This document shows positions 27,904 through 40,259 of a stretch of DNA of 64,000 nucleotides, piece after piece. The notes beneath the pieces are model-generated. The model saw only the letters and a list, made by a program, of their open reading frames with translations, did not search any database and was not told where the DNA came from. The position numbers and the translations under genes are program-made. Position 1 is the first letter of the stretch; every line of letters starts with the position of its first letter. Origin of the DNA: Centroscyllium fabricii (Eukaryota). The stretch is taken from positions 196,106,001 through 196,170,000 of the forward strand of contig JBNRSN020000005.1 of the NCBI GenBank assembly GCA_051313645.2, in the 5' to 3' direction.

Positions 27904-28151
27904 TTACCTTGGGATTCCGATCCTGGGCCGTCTCCAACTGCCGGCGCACAGTGCTTGCGTATGCCGGGGCGCAGTTAGTTCGATGTGGGCCATGGAGAGC
28001 CAATGGTAGCAGGGAATGCTTCATTTGTAAGTTTGTCAGGAAAAGCTGTCAAACCTATAAATACAATAAGCCCCAAAATGTAACACAAACTTCAAATACA
28101 TTTTTTTTAAATCACATATTTAAAATAACTATAAATTACAAGAAATAACTG

Positions 28152-28807
28152 CAGGTTGAGCACCGTTTATCCGGTAACCGAAAAGCCAGCAACTTAAGTC
28201 GTCCGGCATAAATCGCCCCGACTGCCCTGCGCATGCGCAAATAGGCTGCCACATAGGCAGATCATTTGCTGAAGCCTTGATTGCAGCGGCCATTTTGCGC
28301 ATGCGCAGGGCAGTCGGGGCGAGCAGACAGACAGGAGAGGACAGGCGAGAGAGAGCAGCAGAGCCCAGTCCAGCCTTTGATCAGCCAGCAGGCCCGGCAC
28401 ATTCACACTCACCGTCCCATGGCTTCAGGAGACGCCGACCCCATGGAAGGCAGCAGCGGCTTCAGCAGCGACTCGGACTCGGGAGGTCGAGAGCTCCGGT
28501 GCCTCGGAGTCACTGGGATACCAGGAGGAGAAGGAGGAGGCCTTCTCCGACCTGTAGGATTAGAAGCAGATGCCCGACATCGAGGGCCCAACTTCGCGGC
28601 AGCCATTTCGCATGACCTGCGCATGCGCTCGCCATTCGGCAGCGCATGCGCAGATCATTCAAAACTTCGGTGGCCATTTCCAGTGTTGTGCGCCTGCGCG
28701 CAGCCATTTTGAATGGCATGCGCACTGGCCGGCTTCATTCTTCCGGTTTTTCAGTATACCGGCGCAGGCCTAGTTCCACCCGTGCTGGTATAACGGTGCT
28801 CAACCTG
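28152..28807 (-). mobile_element. pogo/Tigger-like MITE, copy 2, with about 270-bp cargo
   Basis: TIRs CAGGTTGAGCACCGTT and AACGGTGCTCAACCTG|TA (left flank TG). The arms are homologous to copy 3 in the opposite orientation. Unique GC-rich centre at about 28321-28589. Confidence 0.85.
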
Positions 28808-29221
28808 TATTTTAAACAATATTTGAAAAATTAATTACATTTTCTAACGGGGCTAAAAATAAACTTAACTTTCTTTAAAGTGTTTAAAAATAATAAACCG
28901 GTGGAAAAAAGGTTTAAATTTTAATTAATTCACCACTTATTGTTAAAAGTAGGCCTTGCGACTGCTTTTTAAAAGTGTATCTCCTGGAGACTTACCCTCC
29001 TGGAGAAACCTGTAAAAAAATAAAAAAATAATGTAAGTTCGATGCGCACGCGCTGCCTCTCCCGCGCACGCGTTCCACCTGTCAATCCCTTCTTTCAGGG
29101 GAACGGAAGTTCTGGATTCTTGCGCATGCGCAGTGCATGCATGAAACTGGCACTTTCGTTGGGCCTACGCGTGAATACCCAGCGCATGCTTGCACGTTGG
29201 GACTCTAATTTCTCAGCCAAT

Positions 29222-30140
29222 GTGAGCTATTATCTAAATGGAAAGAAACTGGAAAGTACTTCATACAAAGGGATCTGGGGGTCCTGGTGCAGGAAACACA
29301 AAGTTAGTATGCAGGTGCAGCAGGTGGTCAGGAGGGCCAACGGAATGTTGGCTTTTATTGCTAAGGGGATGGAGTATAAAAGCAGGGAGGTCTTGCTGCA
29401 GTTGTCCAGGGTATTGGTGAGACCACACCTGGAGTACTGCGTGCAGTTTTGGTATCCATATTTAAGAAAGGACATACTTGCTCTCGGCAGTGCAAAGAAG
29501 GTTCACTAAGTTAATTCCGGGGATGAGGGGGCTGACATATGGCGAGAGGTTGAGTAGATTGGGCCTCTACTTATTGGAGTTCAGAAGAATGAGAGGCGAT
29601 CTTATTGGAACATATAAGATTGTGAAGGGGCTTGATTGGGTGGATGAGGTGAGGATGTTCCCAATGGTGGGTGAAACTAGAACTATGGGGCATAATCTTA
29701 AAATAAGGGGCTGCCATTTCAAAACTGAGATGAGGAGAAACTTCTTCACTCAGAGGGTGGTTGGGCTGTGGAATTTGCTGCCCCAGAGAACTGTGGAAGC
29801 TGCTACATTGAATAAATTTAAAGCAGAGAAAACAGAGATAGACAGTTTCCTGGAAGTAAAGGGAATTAGGGGTTATGGTGAGCAGACAGGTAAGTGGACA
29901 TGAGGCTAGGTTCAGATCGGCCATGTGATCTCCTGGACCAGTTTTCGATCGCCTAGATGGGTCGGAGAGGAATTTCCCAGATTTTTTTCTCCCAAGTTGG
30001 CCACTGGGTTTTTAACCTGGTTTTTCGCCTCTCCCAGGTGATCACATGGGTTTGGGCGGGATGGAGAGTAAAACTAAAATTGAGGTTAGGATCAGATCAG
30101 CCATGATCTTGTTGAATGGCGAAGCAGGCTCGAGGGGCCA
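29222..30140 (+). mobile_element. CR1 LINE 3' fragment with an extended, structured 3' UTR
   Basis: ORF2 C-terminus (RPHLEYCVQFW...FFTQRVV) followed by a hairpin-closed cassette and the standard CR1 tail. Confidence 0.9.
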
Positions 30141-30142
30141 AT

Positions 30143-30258
30143 AAAGGGTCCCCACCCGGAACGTTGACTCTATTTCTCTCTTCTCGGATGTTGCCTGGCT
30201 TGCTGAGTTTTTCCAGCATTTTGTTATTTCGGATTTCCAGCATCTGCAGTATTCTGCT
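30143..30258 (+). mobile_element. Short Penelope-like terminal fragment
   Basis: Degenerate match to 11476-11563 and to the reverse complement of 10458-10575. Confidence 0.6.
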
Positions 30259-30594
30259 ATCGTAATAGATATTCTATACTTGGATGGTGGGTATTCTCTA
30301 AACTATAGAAGCCATTATGTAAGGCTTCAGCCAGCAGACTAAAAGCAATCCTCTGCATGAACGCTAAGATGCCATCTCTGCCACCTGCGCTGCTTGATGG
30401 CTGTCTTATAGGACAGAGAGCTCCTATTGTATAGAGGAGACTTTCTGACCAGATTCAGAAGTAGCAGACCAGGAGAACTGAAAAATCTCAGTTTTGTCTG
30501 CTACATCTTTCCAGCCTGATGAGGTTTCTTCAGAAGGGGCAGGGTAGTGCTGCTGAAAGGGCCTCGCTCCATGTTTCCTGCAATCCACCCTGAT

Positions 30595-30940
30595 TTCTTT
30601 CATTCGTTCTTGGAATGTGGGCATCACTGGCAAGGCCTGCATTTAGTGCCCATCCCTAATTGCCCTTGAGGTGGTGGTGAGAGCTGCCGCCTTGAACCGC
30701 TGCAGTCCGTGCGGTGAAGGTGCTCCCACATCAACATCCCAGGGGTCACCATTGACCAGAAACCTAACTGGACCTGCCTCAAGATCAGGCCAGAGGCTGT
30801 CTATTCTGCGGCGAGTGTCTCACCTCCTGACTCGCCAAAGCTTTTCCACCATCTACAAGGCGCAAGTCAGGAGTGTTATGGAATGCTCTCCACTTGCTTG
30901 GATGAGTGCAGCTCCAACAACACACAAGAAGCTTGACACC
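30595..30940. mobile_element. Rearranged fragment of a CR1/L2-group LINE
   Basis: The post-RT motif IYKAQVRSVMECSPLAW lies on the + strand, next to what appears to be a minus-strand LINE 3' end at about 30595-30730. Confidence 0.55.
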
Positions 30941-31109
30941 TGTTGTACCGACAGAACAGATTTGCAAGTTCTGATAGTTTTTGTTTCCTTTGGTACAAGC
31001 CCTTCAGGCAAATCAGTTCTGAAACAGTCGGTGGTTGAAAGGTGGAAGAGAAAGACATCTAGGAGGGCATTTGTGATACATAAACCAAGTAGTGAGCAGC
31101 TAGCAATCT

Positions 31110-32020
31110 TGGAGCAACGCAACTAGCGTCCGGGCGTGGTGATGTTTGCGCCGCTTGCGAAATTAACTAGACATTTTGCGGTGGTGCTAGACACTACCGC
31201 CATGATCTCCAGCAGATCGTGACGTCAGCCGAGTGCGTAACGCCCCGGTAGCACTCCGGTCCGGATATTGAGTGGCGCCTCCTGCCTTAACACCTGCCGC
31301 TAGCAACAACAGGTTGAGGGGAGCGTTTTGCAATCAGGAAGGGACTGGGGGAGCGCTATTTAAAGGCAACCGCTTCCTGCCTTTTTTTTGTCGGTGACAT
31401 TTTTGCACCACTCATTCTGAGAGAGACCTCTAGAGATTCAACACTGTGAAGGAGTTTTGGGTACTGAGCAGTACTTTGCAGGTTCATTTTGATTTGCCCT
31501 TCCTTGTGTTGATTTAGAAGAAATTGTGGGGGCTGCACTCTCAGCTCTTTCCCTGGGTGTCTCCATTGTTCTTCTCAGCAGATTTGATGTACTCGTCTCT
31601 CCAGGCCGAGATTCAAGGCTGCAATGAGCAGGATGTGGATGGAGAGCAAGATCAACCCTCCCCTTTCAGATAAAAACAGAAAATACAGGAGAAACTCAGC
31701 AGGTGAAGCAGCATCTGTGAAGAGAGAAACAGAGTTAACATTTCAGGTCGATAACCATTTGTCAGAACTCTCCTTTAAGAACTGGCTGGAGCCAGTGTGT
31801 CTGTGTTCCATTGCTAACTGACATCACATGAGCTTCGCCAGCGCTCTGAGGTAGCGCCTCGCTCCTCGGCCTTTGCGCCTTAAGATTTAGCGCTCAAATC
31901 ACCTCCAGGGGCGATGAAAGCCAAGTTTGCCATCAGAGGCGATAATTAGCGCCAGGCGCTAAACTTTGCGCACGGCCGATAATGGCGCCCCAAACGGGGC
32001 GATACTGAATTTTTCCCCCC
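31110..32020. mobile_element. Probable Harbinger-like MITE remnant containing a Penelope end fragment (31669..31769, - strand)
   Basis: CpG-rich arms with TAGCGCC/GGCGCTA motifs like those in 57023..57863. The right end is CTGAATTTTTCCCCC. The left TIR was not found. Confidence 0.5.
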
Positions 32021-32391
32021 TTGGTCTTTTTAACCTTTATGGAAGCATGCAAGATAATACATTATATTGGAAATCTAGATTCAGAATATTTCTTCAATTG
32101 AAATTTGAATAGGACAAAAGAACACAGGTTAAAAGGTACATTTAGGGCTGTTGTGAGAAAGCTCTTATTGACACAGTGACAAACACATGGAATGGACTTC
32201 TGGAGAAGATATTGAAAGTGAAAACCCTGAAATCATTGAAAAAACACTTGGATCCTGTGACTGGGGTGGTGGGAGTAGCTAAGGTGACCTTCCTTATCTG
32301 TTAATTTCTGATCTTGGGAAGTAGTTGGCCTCAATCTATTGTAGGTGTTGACCTCGATTCAGCTTTCAACACACTATTTCCAGTTGCTTTA

Positions 32392-32545
32392 GTATAGAAA
32401 CATAGAAGATAGGAGCAGGAGTAGGCCATTTGGCCCCTCGAGCCTGCTCCGCCATTCAATGAGATCATGGCTGATCGTCCAAACTCAGTACCCCGTACCT
32501 GCCTTCTCCCCATATCCCTTGATACCGTTAGCTTTTAGAATTATA
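32392..32545 (-). mobile_element. CR1 3'-tail-only fragment
   Basis: Reverse complement of the CR1 3' UTR and tail, almost identical to 2327-2470. Confidence 0.88.
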
Positions 32546-32634
32546 TATAGAAACCAAAAAACCTCCAGTGCCCCACTAAGGAGATCTTGAGATCCATATT
32601 TTTGATTGATTGCAGCTGCAGTTACAGTGGGCAA

Positions 32635-35600
32635 TTTAACAGCCAGAGCGGGTCAGGGAGGGACAGAAGGTGTGGAGTAAAAGGTAAAGCAGGAACGAAG
32701 TGTCACAAAACATATTTGAAAGTTCTCTATCTGAATGCACATAGCATTCGTAACAAAATAGACGAGTAAATGGCACAGATAACTACATATGGGTATGATC
32801 TTGTGGCCATTGAGAAACATGGCTGCAGGGTGACGGTGCCTGGGAATTAAACATACCAGGTTATTTAACGATCAGGAAGGACAGGCGGTAAGGAAGGGGA
32901 GGTGGGGTGGCTATGTTAATAAAGGAAGGAATCACGGTAATACAGAGAAATGATATTGGGTCAAAAGATCAGGATAATGAAACAGTTTGGGTGGAAATAA
33001 GGAATGATAAGGGGGAAAAAAACACTAGTGGGCGTAGTCTATAGGCCTCCCAACAGTTGCAACTCTGTTGGACGGAGTATCAATCAAGAAATAATCGAGG
33101 CTTGTAATAAGGGAACATCTATAATTATGGGGGATTTTAACTATCATATAAATTGGACAAATCAAATTGGGCAGGGCTGCCATGAGGAGGAGTTCATTGA
33201 GTGTATTAGGGATGGGTTTCTTGAACAGTACGTAGCTGAACCAACCAGGGGGCAAGCAACCTTAGATCTGGTCCTGTGTAACGAGACAGGATTAATTAAA
33301 AATGTCCTAGTAAAGGATCCCCTTGGAATTAGTGACCATAACATGGTTGGATTCCATATTCAATTAGAGGGTGAGCAAGTTGGATCTCAAACAAGCGTGC
33401 TAAGCTTGAATAAAGGAGACTATGTAGGGATGAGAGAGGAATTGATTAGAGTGGATTGGGAAAACAGATTAAAGGGTAAGACGATACATGATCAGTGGTG
33501 TGCATTTAAGGAGTTACTTTACAACTTCCAAGAAAAATATATTCCACTGAGAAGAAAAGGGTGTAAAAGAAAACACAGCTATCCGTGGCTAAGCAAAGAA
33601 ATTAAGGATTATATTCGACAGAAAACAAGGGCATATAAGGTAGCCAAATCTACTGAGAGGATAGAGGATTGGGAAAACTATAAAAGACAACAAAAAGATT
33701 GATTAAGAAAGGGAAGATAGATTATGAAAGTAAATTGGCAAAAAATATAAAAACAGATAGTAAGAGTTTCTATAGTTTTATAAAAAGAAAAAGGGTGGCT
33801 AAAGTAAATGTTGGACCCCTAGAGTATGAGACCGGGAAATTAATGGTGGGAAATATGGAGATGGCAAAAACACTGAATATTTTGTTTCAGTCTTTACAGT
33901 AGAGGACACTAAGATTATCCCAACACTGGACAAACAGAGGTCTATAGGGGGGGAGGAGCTAAACATGATCAAAATCACTAAGGAAGCGGTACTCGGTAAA
34001 TTAATGGGGCTCATGGTGGATAAATCACCTGGACCTGATGGCTTACATCCTAGGGTCTTGAGGGAAGTGGCGGTAGGCATTGTGGATGCATTGGTAATCA
34101 TTTTCCAAAACTCCCTGGACTCAGCAGAAGTCCCGGCAGACTGGAAAACTGCGAATGTAACACCCTTATTTTAAAAAGGCAGTAGACAGAAGGCTGGAAA
34201 TTCTGTCGTGGGTAAAATTTTGGAGTCCGTTATTAAGGAGACAGTAACAGGACATTTGGATAAACTTAATTTAATAGGACAAAGTCGGCATGGTTTTATG
34301 AAGGGGAAGTCTTGTTTGACAAATTTGTTGGAGTTCTTTGAGGAAGTAACATAGGGTGGATAAAGGGGAACCAGTGGACGTAGTGTATTTAGACTTTAAA
34401 AAGGCATTTGACAAGGTGCCACACAAAAGATTATTACTTAAAATAAAAAATCACGGTATTGGGGGTAATATTCTGGCATGGATAGAGGATTGGCTATCTA
34501 ACAGAAGGCAGAGAGTTGGGATAAATGGGTCATTCTCAGACTGGCAATCGGTAACTAGTGGTGGTCCGCAGGGGTCAGTGCTGGGTCCCCAACTCTTTAC
34601 AATTTATATTAACGATTTGGAGGAGGGGACCGAGGGTAACATATCAAAGTTTACAGATGATACTAAGATGGGAGGGAAAGTGGTGAATGAGGAGGACATA
34701 AAGAACCTGCAAGGGGACATTGACAGACTAAGTCAGTGGGCAGAGATTTGGCAGATGGAGTACAATACTGGAAAGTGTGAGGTTATGGACTTTGGCAGGA
34801 CAAATCGTAAAGCGGATAATTATCTTAATGGCAAGAAACTGGGAAATACTGTAGTACAAAGGGATCTGGGGGTCCTGGTGCACGAAACTCAAAAAGTTAG
34901 TCTGCAGGTGCAGCAAGTGATTAAGAAGGCCAATGGACTGTTGGCTTTCATTGCTAGGGGGATAGAATATAAAAATAGGGAGGTACTGCTTCAGTTGTAC
35001 AAGGTATTGGTGAGACCGCACCTGGAATACTGCATACGGTTTTGGTGTCCATACTTAAGAAAGGACATACTCGCTCTCGAGTCAGTACAAAGAAGGTTCA
35101 CTCGGTTAATCCCAGGGATGAGGGGTTGGACATATGAGGAGAGGTTGAGTAGATTGGGACTCTACTCATTGGTGTTCAGAAGAATGAGGGGAGATCTTAT
35201 TGAAACATATAAGATTGTGAAGGGGTTGGATCGGGTGGACGCGGGGAGGATGTTCCCAATGATGGGTGAAACTAGAACTAGGGGGCATAAACTTAGAATA
35301 AGGGGCTGCTCTTTCAAAACTGAGATGAGAAACTACTTCACTGAGGGTAGTAGGTCCATGGAACATGCTGCCCCAAAAAGCTGTCGAAGCTACATCATTA
35401 CATAAATTTAAAACAGAAATAGACAGTTTCCTAGTAGTAAAAGGGATTAAGGGTTACGGGGAGCGGGCAGGAAGTTGGACATGAGTCTAGGTTCAGATCG
35501 GTCATGGCCCTGTGGGTAGTGGAGCGGGCCCAGGGACCGTGCAGCCTGATCCTGCTCCTATTTCCTGTGTCTAATTCTGTTAGATCCAGGAGATGCTTCT

Positions 35601-35712
35601 GTGATAGTAGATTGGTGGTTAGGATCAGATCAGCCATGATCTTGTTGAATGGCGGAGCAGGCTCGAGGGGCCGATTGGCCTACTCCTGCTCCTATTTCTT
35701 ATGTTCTTATGT
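32635..35712 (+). mobile_element. CR1 LINE, full-length ORF2 with stops and frameshifts, doubled 3' UTR module
   Basis: Runs from APE (YLNAHSIRNK, VYRPPN, MGDFN, SDHN) through RT (ORF 34356..35405) to the tail. Confidence 0.94.
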
Positions 35713-36340
35713 AGTTACCTTGCTTGTGTCTTGGGGCAAGAAATTTCTTCTTTCCCTCGCAAGGTATGCTTGTGTGGAATAGACTTATCTTTAAAAAGAA
35801 AGCTGATTTGTGAGTGTTAAAGAAAAGCTAATCATATGTATGGAATACGCTGAGCTGTTGTGTTTTGGAAATGTACCAATTAGTAAAGTTCGATATAAAG
35901 TTCGACACTCTGGATTCTTGTTTTCCATGGGAGGAAGGCAGGGAGAATGTTGCAGTAACTTTCGTCGGATCAGTTGCGTGAGCCACATTGGATATAGTCT
36001 CTGGGGAAAAAAACAAGGTGGTGCTTTTTTTCTGTGTTCACATGGATATTCCAGCAATCAGTAATGACAATCTTACTTGTCTTTAGAAAAATCTCAATTG
36101 TAAATGCTTTAATGTCAAATGAAGGTGATTTGATCACTGATGTCAGAAGCATAATTGTACCTTCTGTTCAAAGTGTCAGTGCTGCTATCCCCTGTCACTG
36201 AGCTAAGAGTGTGGTTCAGACTGAGACCTTGGGTACTAAGGGGAGCAATCACCTAACCAAGGTGGCAGTGTGGCAGTGTAATAGTGAAAATTTCTAAAAT
36301 GATTGTTCCTGGGTGACTTCCTTTGTGGGGTAACAATAAT

Positions 36341-37036
36341 GGCCTGGAATTTGCGGTCAGCGGCGAAGAAACATCGCTTGCCCTTCACTATGCTGACAGC
36401 TGCCCAGAGTTTTTGCGGGCTTCTAAGTGGAGATTTGCTGATCCAGTGCAGCGCCCTCTACAGCGGATCTGTGGCGTGTGTGAGCAGGACAAGGAACAGC
36501 GAGGCTCTTCAACCAATCAAATTGAAAAGTCCTCACTTGGGCACGCAGAGTCTAAACCAGGAATTATAAATTAGGTTTAAATCGTGTACAGAAAACAAAA
36601 TAAAGATTGGGAAAGAAAGATGGGATTGATTGAAGAGAGACATGACATAGGTTTTTTTTAAAAAAAATTATTAAAAAAAAAATCTCCCAACTAAATTTTC
36701 AGGGTTAGAGCGATTGTTCGGCTGTATTTATGACTTCTCGCACCATTAAAAATTTACCTACTCCTGAATGCATCAGCCCTAATTTTTTCTGGCATGTTTT
36801 GTGGGCAACTTATGGATAGGTTTTGCAACTTCACACCCTTGCATTGGTTTCAATGACAAGTCTATCTGAGATGCAATTATAGCGCAGCCTCTGGAGGAGC
36901 AGGGTAACTCGGCCCACAACTTCTGCATTTCTGTGTTTAACTGCGCATGCGAGGACTCCGGAAGTTGCTGTTCGACTTGCACCACAATAACGGTGAGCGC
37001 TGTTAGTCTTGGTTATAATCAACGTAAAATCTATCC
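36341..37036. mobile_element. Degenerate Harbinger-like MITE
   Basis: Starts AAT|GGCCTGGAATTTGC and has the same GC-arm/AT-core layout as 13793..14544. The right TIR is decayed and no TSD was confirmed. Confidence 0.45.
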
Positions 37037-37160
37037 TCTGTCTGTTGAGATTTGTTCAAAGATTTAGGAATGCCACATAGAGTAGTGAACCCTGACAATC
37101 TGCTAACCTGCATTTTTCCCCCTCCAAATTTTGACATTACAAATGTCTTCCTTTCCTTAG

Positions 37161-37276
37161 AGTTCAGATAGATTGGATAGTGAGCCTACTACTTCAAGTT
37201 CCAGTTCAAGTGAACGTAATGTGGTCAAGCCAATTATCAGAGTGGAGCAACAAGACTACTACAAACAGGAGATCAA
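37161..37276 (+). CDS. AFDN: Afadin exon (SSDRLDSEPTTSSSSSSERNVVKPIIRVEQQDYYKQEI)
   Basis: Boundaries are ccttag|AGT...CAA|gtaagg. Matches afadin RLDSD...ERGMVKPMIRVEQQ. 116 nt, phase 0/2. Not present in the ORF track. Confidence 0.92.
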
Positions 37277-37719
37277 GTAAGGCACAACCTTTACAATCAT
37301 TAGAATTTCTGTTTATTAGCTGTATTTTAAGATCTTGCAGAATTTCCAGTGGGTAAATTCAGCCTTGCATGGTTACTAAAATGTTGTTTATATTTATGCA
37401 AATTGATTCTGCTCACCACTCCACTTTGAAAATCCACCAAATAGCACAAGCTAATGTACTCTATTGAATTAAATCTGGCACTGAAGAAAATTACTTCAGA
37501 ATTTGACTGGTGTTAACTGTCCTGTTTGGATGCGGTCTCCTTTCTGACTGAACATGTAACCAATTGGAAACGGTTTGTGGCATGCTTGAGTGAAAATGTG
37601 GTGCGGGGGGTGGATTAGTCCAATCTCAATACAAAGGCACCGTAGAACCTTCTCTGTGCTATATTTTGTCTATAAAACATTACATTTTAAGCTCGTGCTT
37701 TATTCGACAATCATGTTAA

Positions 37720-37910
37720 ATATAGCAGGTGGATTATGTGGCCAAATCTTGGATCTTATCCAGGATATGTACTTCTACTCCAAGATCTGTGTGATGGTAG
37801 GTATGCATCTCATTGAACTTGTTGATACAGGAGTGAGGCAAGGTTGTATCCTGTCAAGTCCTATTCAGTGTCTTAAATGTTTTGTTGGATGGCATTATGA
37901 AGGACAGACT
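37720..37910 (+). mobile_element. Old RTE-type LINE RT remnant
   Basis: TGVRQGCILS motif in ORF 37590..37952. Confidence 0.45.
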
Positions 37911-38958
37911 TGGAATGTCTGGCATGTTAGTTGTCCAACGAGCAGCAAGTGACTCCTTAGCTGGGGGTAGTGGTGAGGAGGCGGTAGGCTATAGCCCTAA
38001 TGAGAGTGTGTGTCCTCCATGGACAAGAAGAAAGATGCTTCACCAATGAGCTGTTCTGGTAAGCTGCATGGTTTTAGCTGATTGAACTCGAGCAATACAT
38101 CTACGCACACTTGGGGGAGCCCCTACCTTATGCTAACTTGCACTAGGCACTCTAGACTTTGGTAAAGGGCATGTCCCTTCATGAAGAGAATGTGCACTCC
38201 ATATGGGCAAACAGAAACACTGCAGGCGTGTGTAGATTTCTCAGTAGCTAGAATTGGTGACGAAAATCATGGTGATGATTTCCATGTGGCTTGGAGGAAG
38301 GCCTTGTTGAAGAGAGTACCTCGTATTACAAGTGAAGCACAAGCACAGGAGTTTCGTGTGTTTGAGCCAGATCTTTGTATTTATGTCAGAAACGCACGAG
38401 CAAATGAATCTCTACATTATGTACTGATATAAAAAGCCTAGACAGAATGTCAGTGGCAAAGGGTGGATAAACCTTATGGCTTGGAACTTTGTCCCATTGG
38501 AATTGCCAAATTAACCATCACTCAATGGTAGTTGCTGTAATAACTATGGCAAAAAAATGGAAAATCTCATGCTGGTCTATGTGCCATACCTGGACAGTTG
38601 TTGTTTTAATGCAAAAGCATTTTCTTCTTTTCGCCAAAGGTAAATGTTTACATTGTATTGGAGATTGTCTAGCCCAGGCCATCACTGGGCTTCAAATTTT
38701 ACCAGTAATTGCCCTTCCAGCTATTGATCTTGCTTTGACTTACTGCCTTCCTACCAAGCACAATTTAGAGGAACGTCAATTCTGTTTCAACCATTTCAAG
38801 GACGCGCAACACAATTGACTCATTCTTGAAGATGGCTTCCCTTTCCAAAACCTCAATTTATTAGGAATGTCCGCTTTTGGCACAAGTCCAAGTACAAGAA
38901 AATCACAGAAATTTACCATGCAGGTATAGCAAGCAATTCGGAAAGCAAATGGTATGTT

Positions 38959-40230
38959 ACAAAAGGTAAATCGTGCTTGACTAATCTACTGAAATTTTTT
39001 GAGGATGTAACTGGTAGAATAGATAAGGGAGAACCAGTGGATGTTGTGTCTTTGGACTTTCAGAAGGTTTTCGATAAGGTCTCGCGTAAGAGATTAGCGT
39101 GTAAAGTTAAAGCACATGGGATTGGGGGTAAGGTACTGACTTGGATAGAGAACTGTTTGGCAGATAGGAAGCAGAGAGTTGGAATAAACGGGTCTTTTTC
39201 CGAGTGGCAGGCAGTGACTAATGGGGTAACGCAGGGATTGGTGCTCAACCCCAGCTGATCACAAATATTAATGTTCTAGACGAGGGAACTAGATATAATA
39301 TCTCCAAGTTTGCAGACGACACAAAGCTGGGTGGGCGTGTGTGCTGTGAGGAGGATGCCGAGAAACTCCAGCATGATTTGGACAGGTTGGGTGATTCGGC
39401 AGATGCAGTATAATGTGGATAAATGCAAGGTTATCCACTTTGGGGGCAAAAACAGGAAGGCGAATTATTATCTGAACGGCAATAGATTGGGAGAAGGGGA
39501 AGTGCAACAAGACCTGGGTGTCCTTGTGCACCATTCGCTGAAGGTAAGCATACAGGTGCAGAAAGCAGTTAAGAAGGCAAATGGTATGTTGGTGGTCTTG
39601 GCAAGAGGATTGGAGTACAGGAGCAACGATGTCTTGCTGCAGTTGTACAGGGCCTTGGTGAGACCACACCTTGAGTATTGTGTGCAGTTTTGGTCACCTT
39701 ATCTGAGGAAGGATGTTCTTGTCATGGAGGGAGTGCAGCGAAGATTCACCAGACTGATACCTGGGATGGCAGGAATGATGTATGAGGAGAGATTGGGTCG
39801 ATTGGGCTTATACTCGCTGGAGTTTAGAAGAATGAGAGGGGATCTCATTGAAACTTATAAAATTCTAACCGGACTAGACAGACTAGATGCATGCAGGAAG
39901 GATGTTCCCGATGGTGGGGGAGTCCAGAACCAGGGGTCACAGTCTAAAGGTAAGGGGTAAGCCATTTAGGACAGAGATGAGGAGGAATTTCTTCACCCAG
40001 AGAGTGGTGAACTTGTGTAATTCTCTACCACAAAAGGCAGTTGAGGCCAATTCATTAAATACATTCAAGAAGGAGTTAGATACATTTCTCAAGGCTAAAG
40101 GGATCAAGGGATATGGGGAGAAAGCAGGGACAGCGTCCTGAATTTGGATGATCAGCCATGATCTCATTAAATGGCGGAGCAGGCTTGAGGGGCCAAATGG
40201 CCTACTCCTGCTCCTATCTTCTATGTTTCT
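38959..40230 (+). mobile_element. CR1 LINE, 5'-truncated, inserted in a short older CR1 fragment
   Basis: RT and C-terminal ORFs plus tail. The flanks join as CR1 sequence ...GCAAATGGTATGTT|AGCCGTTATTGC. Confidence 0.92.
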
Positions 40231-40259
40231 ATTAGCCGTTATTGCAATATAAGAGTAAG

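Larger units (their letters stand above)
25583..29218. mobile_element. PIF/Harbinger-like MITE split by three later insertions
   Basis: AAT|GGCCCAGAAATT ... AATTTCTCAGCC|AAT. It shares GCACTTACC and AT-rich core motifs with 13793..14544. Confidence 0.7.

Noticed and set aside
28194-28834. Dense overlapping ORFs in GC-rich elements (also 26660-27093, 49452-50360, 57188-58344)
   Set aside because: These are expected in stop-poor, GC-rich palindromic repeats, and no domain is recognisable.
31730-31769. Third hammerhead ribozyme (- strand)
   Set aside because: The core is mutated (CUGACAA; GAAAUGUU) and is predicted inactive.
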